A stretch of 64,000 bases of DNA from Azolla caroliniana. Lineage: Eukaryota > Plantae > Polypodiophyta. Position numbers and translations under genes: made by a program. The notes below the pieces were generated by a model. The model saw only the letters and a program-made list of their open reading frames with translations, was not told the origin of the DNA and did no database searches. This document shows, one piece after another, positions 12,355 through 22,444 of the stretch. Numbering within the stretch: position 1 is the first letter of the stretch; each line of letters opens with the position of its first letter. Where the stretch lies: NCBI GenBank assembly GCA_043228905.1, contig JBHGNT010000007.1, positions 14,074,001 through 14,138,000 on the forward strand, in the 5' to 3' direction.

Positions 12355-12985
12355 TGTCACGGACATGACAATGGTCATGTCAAGGTCCGAACTCGTGACC
12401 TCTTGTGTTATGATTGAGCGTTATGTGTTAACCAACATGTCCAAAGTCATATGCGTAGTTGACTTCCTTGTAATTTTAAGCTAGCATTATGAGCATAATT
12501 GCTCCATTGTATTATTCACACTTGGCACATGCATGCATACATACATGCTCTAGTATATCACATGCACACAATAGGCATGCATGCCGCTTAGTATAAATAT
12601 TTGAGTTCACCTTGAATGAATTCAAGGTGAACAACAACAGTTAATGATACTTGCCCTTAGCTTGTCAATTGTATCTTTGTAGCGCTTTTAGGGTTGTTGA
12701 TCACATCCTTGTAGTATCCTTGTAGCTCCGATTCTTCTGTCCTTAACAGTTTGTTCACCTTCAATTCTTCGCACTCTCCCCCTCTTCGCTAACCACACAT
12801 CAAAGACATTTCTGATCCGTCTGATAGCCTACCCCAAATACTCGCAACTTTGGAACTCCAAGCTGAGAATGCTACCCTACATCAATCTTTACTTGAGCTT
12901 GAGTCTGCCACATCCTCGGTTACCCCAACCACCACACTCAACCCACCAGCACCATCCCAAGAACCCTACTATGAACCCAAGGTTA
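12355..12985 (+). mobile_element. 5' end of a Tcn1-like chromovirus (LTR 12355-12748, self-priming PBS 12751-12761, gag start)
   Basis: TGTCA...TAACA; PBS TTGTTCACCTT complementary to 12624-12634; gag ..ELQAENATL..YYEPKV resembles ..PREPKINLP of the 54894-55520 gag. Confidence 0.75.
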
Positions 12986-14484
12986 TGTTGGGAAAACAGG
13001 TCCTTCTGGATGGGAAGAAGAGTATAAGCCGAATCGGGTGGAATTTAGCCAAGATCGAAAACTGAAACCGAAATCGGAAGACTACAATTGTAAATAGTCA
13101 AAATGTGCCCCTTGTGAGCAATATCTGTAAATAGCCCAGAATTTTGTATTGGTATAAATAGAACTAGGGCAAACCTTATGAGAATGTGATGGATCATTAT
13201 TGTGATATAGTTAGAATGAGGTAGTTGCCTCTGTAATTGTGAGTGACAGAGAGAGAGAGAGAGTTAGAGTGTGACTTTGTAGATGTCTATCCGATGAAGG
13301 AGAACTAGAGGTCGTTGCTTCCGAGTTTCTCATTGTACTTCGCCTCTATCTTAGTGATCTATTTTGGGGTTTGTGGACTCCACATGGTTTTTTCCCAGTT
13401 CGGGTTTCCATGTTAAACCTCAGTGTCTCTATTCTTTCTATTTTTCTTTGTTTTCTGCACCCCCCCCCCCCCCCCCCCCCCTCCCCTATCCAAGGGAAAC
13501 GTTGGTTGTCACATTGGGCAACGCGGGACCGCAAGGGAAGCACCTATCCATAGAGTAGGTGAAGTCGGGCTTGCTGAATAAAGAAGCTCACCGGAAGGAT
13601 CGGGAGTCCAATAACAACCAAAAGTCCCTAGTCATGGAAAGTGACACGAATCGAGGATGAGGCGAAATTGAACTCCCCAAAATCGAGATAAGTCGGGGAC
13701 GAGGTCGAAGTCAAGGGGAAGGCCCACATGCTTCTATTGTGGGAAGACGGGGAACTTCCAAAAGAATTGCTAACACTTTCGAAAGGAGAAAGGGGGAGAT
13801 GATGGTGTAGAGCCGAAGAAAATACCGGACAGAAAGAATACCTCAGCAATCGTCGTGAGTGGAGAGGAGTTGTTGTTCATCAGTGAACAAAGTGAAGTCA
13901 ACCTCACCGGCGAAGAATCGACATGGGTGCATTGTTTCACCTAACCTCCGACCGAAAGTGCTTCTCATCATACAAGGTTGGAGACCACGGTCTTGTAAAA
14001 ATGGGGAATGAAGGAGCATGCCAAATCGTCGGCATTGGAGATGTGTGTCTGATGACATCGACCGGGTGCAGACTATTGCTAAGAGATGTTCGGCACATTC
14101 CGGAAGTTCGACTGAACTTCATATCAGCCGATCGGCTAGATGATGAAGGCTACACGGGTAGCATCCATAATGGCATCATGAAGTTCTGCAAGGGGAGCCT
14201 GGAAAACCAGCACATTGTACATAATGAATGCTCGATTATGCTAAGGGGAAGCAAACGTGGCAACCGATACAACTGGTGAGTTGTGGCACAAGAGGCTATG
14301 CCATATGAGCCCGAAGGGGACGCAGATGCTAGCCGAAAAAGAACTCCTATTGGAGATGAAGAAAGTGCATCTCGACAAGTGTGTCGATTGCCTGGCTAGC
14401 AAGAAAATGATGTTGGAACTCGTACATACAAACGTATGCTACGTGGACACAAAGTGGCATGTTGGTTCACAGTATTTCAAGACC
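12986..14484 (+). mobile_element. Copia fragment (LTR from 12986, deleted gag, PR, GAG-pre-integrase)
   Basis: TGTTGGGAAAACAGG start; ETLVVTLGNAGPQGKHLS; GIGDV; LWHKRLCHMS; same family as 39113-42445. Confidence 0.85.
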
Positions 14485-17180
14485 TGTTGAGTGAGCAAGT
14501 TCAACCAGATCCGGATTGACTGCATAAGCCAGAGCCGTATCGTATCGGGATCGGTGTCCAGATAGTATCTGGAACCAGGAGCCGGATCGGAGAGCTGGAC
14601 CCACGTGTGTACTGGTAGGCCGTTTGGAGGTCTACACTTCTAGACTACTGGGAAGTCATAGTCTTGGTAGTTAGTGTTAGCCACTCGTATGAGCATTGAA
14701 GTACATAGTACTTCTGTCAGTCCCTTGTAGACTTGTATAAAAAGTGCTCATTGAGCACATCCTATGTACAGAGTATTATTTTTTTAATAAAGTTTATGCT
14801 ATTCTGCTCTCTCTACCTCTCCCACTCTCTATCTATGTCCTGTAAGGTTTCCATTAAACCTGTACATACTCTCTCTATTGCTATCCGGCTGAACCGGTTT
14901 GTCAAAGCTTCCGCGCATTAACTTTGACATGGTATCAAAGTGTGAGGGTTAAATACCTCCACAGCCAATGAGTGATTACTGAAGACAAACCCTAACATCC
15001 GGTAAAGAGCGAAAAATAGAAAGAGGTATGGCAAGCTGGTTTCCGACAAAGAAGCTTGACAGACACAACTATGCATCCTGGTCATACAAGATGCACCAGT
15101 ATCTGCTTGGACATGGATACTGAAGTTATGTTGAGGGTACGAATGAAATAGCGTCTGAGTTTTCATAGAAGGAGTTCCCGACATGGGAACAAGGAGCAAG
15201 TAGAGTTCTATACTGCCTTGCGTCCTCCGTGCACGACCAAATGATCGGCTACATTAGAGATGCTAAGACATCGAAATAGGCTTGGAAAAATTTGAAAAAG
15301 ATTTTCGCCGCAAGCACCTCAGCCTGGAAGCTACAGCTTCGGCAAGAACGGAACAATATTAAGACTACTCCACGAAGATAAAGGAGATTTACGACGCATT
15401 AGGGTCCATTGATGTCACGATAGACAAGGATGAAATGGTGCAAATCGGCCTTGGTGGTCTGGCTCAAAGGTACAGGCCCATCTGGACCGTTATCCTCACT
15501 TGGGAGAAACCACCGTCCTTCGACCTGCAATTGATGTGCACGGTCAAAGAAAACCACGCAAGTGGGTCAAGGACCACTCAATCGGACAGTTAGTGTTGGG
15601 AGACAGGTCCCTCCGGATAGGAAGGGAGAAGAACAGTGCCGATGTATTGGCCTCGGCCGAAACCGTATGAGGAGGACCCGGCTACGGAGAGCCGGATGGT
15701 GCAGACCCGGTATGAACCGGATGAGGAGTACCCGGCTACGGAGAGCCGGATGGTGTAGACCCGGTGAGAACCGGATGAGGAGTACCCGGCTACGGAGAGT
15801 CGGATGGTGCAGACCCGGCTATGGAGAACCGGATGGTGCAGACCCAGTGAAGCCGGATGAGGAGTACCCGGCTACGGAGAACCGGATGGTACAGACCCAG
15901 TGAGAACCGGATGAAGAGACATATTCGTAAATATGTTTCTGAGAGTTCATCGAGGCTATATTTGTAAATAGCCGAAAAGTCATATTAGTATAAATATGAC
16001 TTAGGGCAAACTTTTAGTTACTATTGTTGTTGTCATTTCTTGTTGGTGCAAGAAGAAGAGATAGCACGTAACAGTGTACAGAGAGAGAGAGAGGAAGAGG
16101 TCGTAGCCTCTGTTGTAACCGCCGCCTGTGGCGAAGATCGTGAGCACGAGGTCGTTGCCTCCATGAACTCACTGTTGTACATTCTAGCATAGTGATAGTT
16201 TGCAGCCTATGGGCTGCCGTGGTTTTTTCCCTAGTTTGGGTTTTTCCACGTAAACATCCTGTGTACTCTTCTCTTCTTCGTGTCGTTCATTATTTCCCGT
16301 TTTTCTGTGTATGATTCTAAGCTCGGTTGTGGCCGAGCGTTGAGCATAAGGAACGACTAGTTCCCGTTAGTTAGATGTTGTACACGGAGGCGAATTGGCC
16401 CCGTGGGCGTAGAGGAGGAGGTAGGTCGGCACGCAATAGCGGCGACCGACAAGAGTAGAATCAGAGGCACAAAGAAAGTGCCGACAACAGTTCTAGACCC
16501 TGCACAAGCAGGGGGAGCCAAAGTGGCGCCAAAAACCGACAAGGGAAGGTTGACACAGAATGCTGGTATTGTGGCAAGAAAGGCCACCAAGAAAGTGAGT
16601 GTTGGAAGAAACGCGTTGATTCGGAAAAATCCGGATCTGGTAAGGCCGAACAAGGGAATTGGCAATGCTTGCACTACGCAAAATGATCGGAAGGATCAAG
16701 AACTGGAAAGACCGGACAAGGGGAAGAATAAAATGTCGGGATATGACACCGGTAGGGAAGAGTCGGATCAGAGCGATTCCTACTCCAAAATGCAAGAAGA
16801 CGGACCTTCAAAAACGAAGTCCGAGCCAACCAAGAGGGCCTTCAAATCGTCTAACGAAAAGTTACGCCGATCAGCCAGCCAGAAGAACCCCATGAAGAGG
16901 TACGAGTACAATGAGTACGTGGCGCATCACTATGCGTACATGAAGAAAGTGGCGGAAGTGTGTGAGCCAGAGAGCTACGCAGAAGCGCCAAAAGACGCAC
17001 ATTGTTGTGCCGCTATGGAGGAAGAACTGCAGGCACCTAACACTAACAACACATGGGACTTGGTTGACCCTCCCTGACATTGCAAATCGATCGGTTGTAA
17101 GTGGGTATATAAGGTGAAGTACAATGCCGCCAGTTCGGTCAACCGGTAAAGGCTTGGTTAGTGGCGAAGGGATACGCTCA
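14485..17180 (+). mobile_element. Copia C1: 5' LTR 14485-14929, Met PBS, gag, PR/INT deleted, start of RT
   Basis: TGTTGAG...TTTGACA followed by TGGTATCAAAG; gag knuckle CWYCGKKGH jumps at about 16713 to the pre-RT region; WDLVDPP..CKWVYKVKY. Confidence 0.85.
15594..16369 (+). mobile_element. Solo LTR with 40-bp tandem repeats in U3
   Basis: TSD GTTAG (15589-15593, 16370-16374); C1 gag is continuous across it when compared with C2; same family as 1-765. Confidence 0.88.
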
Positions 17181-20100
17181 ATCAGAGATGCAAAATCACC
17201 AAAGAAGGCTTGGGAAAATCTCAGAAAGATTTTCGTCGCTAGTACCACAACTCGTAAGTTGCAGCTCCGGCAAGAGCACAACGGTATATGGCAACGGGAA
17301 ATGTCGGTCACCGACTACACCATCAAGATCAAGGAGATCTATGACGTGCTCGGGTCCATCAACGTAATGGTGGACGAGGACGAGGATGAGATGGTTCAGA
17401 TCTCCCTTAGTGATCTAGCACAAAGGTACGGGCCAATTCGGACGACAATTTTTACCCGGGAGAAGCCACCGTCCTTCTTTGACCTGCAATCGATGCTCAT
17501 TCTTGAAGAAAACCAAGCGAATGGGTCAAGGACCACTCAATTGGACAGTCGGATGATGTACATGGAGACGGATCAGCCCCGTGGGCGTGGAGGACGAGGT
17601 GGATCAGGCACACAATGCAGGCGGCCGACAAGAGTAGAATCGGAGGCACAGAGATAGTGCCGACAACAGTTCCGAACCCTCCACAATTAGGGGGAGTCAA
17701 AGCAGTGCCAGAAGTCGGCAATCAAAGACTGTAACAGAATGTTGGTATTATGGCAAGAAAGGCCACTGAGAGAACGAGCGCTAGAAGAAGCATGCCGATT
17801 CGAATAAATTCGGATCCGGCAAGGACAAACAAGGGAACCGACAAAGCTCGCACTACGCAGAAGGATCGGAAGGATCTGGAACTGGAAAGACTAGAAAAGG
17901 GTCAACCTTTGTGATGAAGCACAAGACGAACTCAATGAAGAAGAACACTTCCAGAGCGGAGGAAGTGTGGTACATTGACTCTGGAGCATCTAACCAGATG
18001 ACGAGCCACGAAGAGTGGTTGTCGTTTTTGGAAAAGCCGAAGCAACCGGGAGTTGTTGAAACCGGAGACGACACTCCTCACCCGATAGTGCATGTCGGAG
18101 ATGTCCCCTTGAGTCATGTCGGACAACAAGGGAAGCTTATGAACATGCTTCACGTCCAAACAATCACAAAGAACTTGGTATCGGTCAGGCAAATTGTCAA
18201 CCAGGGAATGTAGGTGCGGTTTACGCACCTCGAGTGCTTCATTGAGGAAGAGGGCTAGATCATCGCGCAAGGGCATCGGGACGGGAGCATGTTCATCCTT
18301 GACACCAATGATGTTGGCACCACCTTGTTTTCCAAAGGACAGAAGATTGAATCCGACATCGATCTCTGGCACAAGTGGATCAGCAACGTCAGCAGCTTCA
18401 GGACCTACAATCAAAACAAGTTGTTTTCGGATTGCTGAAATTTAGTGGCCGGAAGGCCTAAATATGTGAAGCCTACCAACATGGGAAGCAACACCGGCTT
18501 CCATTCCCCACCGAAAGAAACCGGAGCCGTAACAAGCTCGATCTAATACATTCGGATGTATGGGGACCAACACAAAACGTTAGTCTTGGCAGCAACGGAT
18601 ATTTCGTTTCCTTCATCGATGACTACAGCTGGCACACGTGGATCTACCTCATCGAGAAGAAAAGTGAAGTTTTCGATATTTTCTAGAACTTGGAGAGTTT
18701 AGTCGAATGGGAAACAGAAAGGAAGATCAAGTGCCTACGGTCGGATGGTGGAAAAGAATACTTTTCCGGCCAATTCAAAAGTTATATGCAACAAATGGGA
18801 ATTCAGAGAGAATTCAATTGCAGATACACACCAGAACAAAGCTGTGTGGCCAAATGAAAGAACTGGTTGATTGTGGAGGCAACATGGGAAATGTTGGAGG
18901 AGAAGAGCATGCCCAAGTTCTACTTGGCTGACGTGGTCCGGACGACCGTCTACATCCATAACCAGATCGGGGATAAGGTGTCAGCACACGAGCTGTATTT
19001 CGGGCGAAAGTCGAATTTAAGGCACCTTAAGATATTCAGTAGCATGTGCCGGATGACAAGAGGAGGAAGTTGAACCCGAAGTCAAAGAAGTGTAGCCTTG
19101 TCAGCTACTCAAAGTGCTATAACCCCCGAACAAAACAAGTTCGAGTGAGCCAAGATGTCGAATTTTATGAGTCGGCATCATGGTACTTTGTACCGACTCT
19201 GACTCCCAACTTCAACCCAATTCCAGAAGATGAGGTCAGTGAGCCCAAATTGATTCGGGCAGAAGATGAAGAAGGATTTGGTACTCTAGATGAGAGTCTG
19301 ATCTCATTTTGGCTGAGCAGGCCGAATGTAGCACTGAGTCAGAAGCACCAACAAGATGATGAACCGGTGAGCAGCGAAGACTCACTCGTGCTCTCCCCAC
19401 GCAAGGAACCGAGGAGAGACGGTTCACGCACAAAGAGAAGGGGAAGAAGAAGATGAATGAGTATGAAACTGGCAGAGCTGAATCGGTTTGAAGCGATTCC
19501 GACTCCAGCTTGATCAACAAGGAACCTCTGAGGAAGAGGTCAAAGTCGGCTGAGAAGGCCTCGAAATCGGCGAATCAGGAATTGTGCCAATCCACCCGCT
19601 AGAAGAACCTCGTGAAGACGTACAGGTATATTGAGTATATGGCACATCATTATGCGTACATGATGAAAATGGCGGCCCTACGTGAGCTAGAGAGCTACGC
19701 AAAAGCAGCAAAGGACGCAAATTGGCATGCCGCTATGTAGAAAGAGATGCACGCACTCACAGAAAGTGAGACGTGGGATTTAGTGGATGTACCGAAAGGA
19801 TTGAATCCAATCGGTTGTCGATGGGTATGTACAAAGTTAAATACAACACTGATGGCTCTGTCAACCAATACAAGGCCCGGCTAGTGGCCAAGGGCTACGC
19901 GGAGCAACACGACATCGATTATGATGAGACGTTCGCGTTGGTCGCGAAAATGACAATCATCTGTGTCTTGCTTGCGGTGGCAGTGGCGAAGGGGTGGCAG
20001 CTACATCAAATGGATGTAAAGAATGTGTTCCTGCAAGGTGATTGTCAGGAGCAGGTGTATATGGTTCAGCCCCTTGGATTTCAGTCTGGAATGAATACAT

Positions 20101-20875
20101 CGGCAGTATGCCGATTGAAGAAGTCCCTCTACTTACTCAAGCAAGCCCCGCGCGCCTGGAGCGTGAAGATCACGCAAAGATTGCGTCGGATGGTGTTTGC
20201 TCCGTTGAAATTAGACTCTTCACTTTCCATCCGACAGTTCGAAACAGACCGGTGAGCATATTGCTCTATGTGGATGATCTTGTCATCGTCGGCACCAACC
20301 TGGACGAAATCGGTTGCGTCTAGGATACCTTCACTACTTCCTCGGGATCGAAGTTATCTGTACCCCCAAAGGCATATTGATCCGTCAGCACCACTATGTG
20401 TTGAGTATGTGCTTCAAATTCGGTATAATGGAATGCAAATTCGTCTCAACTCCTCTAGACCAGAACTTGAAGCTTCACCCCGACTCCGGAATGGCATGCG
20501 ACTCGATAAGGTTCCAACAAATAGTCAGAAGCCTCATATATCTAACCATCACCAGGCCAAACCTCAGTTATCCGGTCAAACTGATTAGTCAATTTATGAT
20601 GCATCCAACTATGGAGCACCTTCAATGCGTGCATCACATACTATGATATGTTAGCAGCACTAAGGACCGGGGGTTGTTGTATCGAACTGGTGTAGCCGGA
20701 CAGCTAGTCGGCTACACGGATGCCGATTGGGCTGGAATGTCGGCGACCGTAGGTCTGCATCCGGATATGCGTTTTCATTTGGAAGCACCACGGTCGCCTG
20801 GAATGGTAAAAAGCAGCCTACAGTAGCACTTTTGAGCACGGAGGCCGAGTACAGAGGAGCAGTTGTAGCAATGTA

Positions 20876-21424
20876 CAAAGCCATGTGGCTCAAGCGCCTC
20901 CCAAAGGATCTACGAGTGGAGGTGTCTGATCCGACGACGGTCTATTGCGACAACCTCAGCAGCATCCAGTTGGCAAAGAACGGGTTGTCTTTCACGACCG
21001 GACTAAGCACATCAAGTTGCACTATCATTTTGTCAGAGAGCGCATTCTCTCCGGTGAAGTGGAATTGTGACATGTACCGATGGATCGGCAACTAGCCGAT
21101 ATCTTCACCAAACCCTTTGGCATAGACAAGTTGCGGCAATTTTCCGGTGCAAAGCCATGTGGCTCAAGCGCCTCCCAAAGGATCTACGAGTGGAGGTGTT
21201 TGATCCGACGACGGTCTATTGCGACAACCTCAGCAGCATCCAGTTGGCAAAGAACAGGTTGTCTTTCACGACCGGACTAAGCACATCAAGTTGCACTATC
21301 ATTTTGTCCGAGAGCGCATTCTCTCCGGTGAAGTGGAATTGTGACATGTACCGATGGATCAGCAACTGGCCGATATCTTCACCAAACCCTTTGGCATAGA
21401 CAAGTTGCGGCAATTTTCCGGTGC
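20876..21424 (+). repeat. 274-bp tandem duplication in copia RNase H
   Basis: CAAAGCCATGTGGCTCAAG... starts at 20876 and again at 21150; copies near-identical; GT(A/G)CA microhomology at the junction. Confidence 0.9.
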
Positions 21425-22444
21425 ACTGGGTGTGCAGTACCTCAATATGCCGAACTTGAGGGGGGGGGGATTGAAAGGAGGAATGAGAAAGACGACCGAA
21501 AAGCCAAGTCGGAAACCAATTTCGATTTCGGCCCGACTGAAGAAGTCAGAGTGCACAGGTCGGCCGAGAAACCTAAGACCGGATGCAGGGGAAGCCACCA
21601 GAAGGGAGAGCCCAAGCCAAAAACAATCGAAGCAGGGGGAGACAACAAGAAAAAGGAATCCAAGTTGATTGAAGAAGTCGGCACATCCCATAAAGTCGAA
21701 ACAAGCAACGATGACAACAGAGTCAAGAAGGACAAAGCCTACCAGAACAAGAAGGCCAAGATGTTATTGCTAGGGCCGGACGACAGCCTAACACAAGGTG
21801 TCCACTTAAGACACTTTACCAAATGGTGGTACGGCAGAATGATTTACGGCACAACGCTTAATTAGACCTTAATTGGTTACTTAGTAATTAGTAATTAACA
21901 CGCGTAAGATATAACAATGAATACAGAACGGTAATCAACACTGGAAGATTAAGACAATAAGCTTTATTAATTATCCGCTCCTGATTACATTGTAACCGGG
22001 CCTTTATATAGGTCTCTGGTGCGAAATACAAAACGGTGCCAACCGGCACCTTTACGGGATCGTTCCGGATCCGGATCGGCATACTGATTCCGGTCCGTCC
22101 ATTCACATCTTCTTATATAATAATATATATATTAAGACTACTAATTACAACAGTTCCCGAATAACTTATTCATTTCTCACTCTGGTTTGGACCTCCTTAA
22201 GCCTTCTTGCCGGCCGGTAACACATGGCACGCCCGTGGGACAGTACCTTGTACGTCGAACCCATTATCTAGCCCTTTTACGCTTTGTCCAAAATGTCCAG
22301 AATGCTTTGCTCCAAAATTTCCAATGGCTCGTCGGGAATCTGTTGTTGTTGTTGTGGTTGCTGCTATTGTTCCGTTTGTGGCTGTGGCTCCGTTTGTCAC
22401 TCTGGCACCGGCGTTTCCTTCATTGGTTGCTCCATCGAAGTTGT

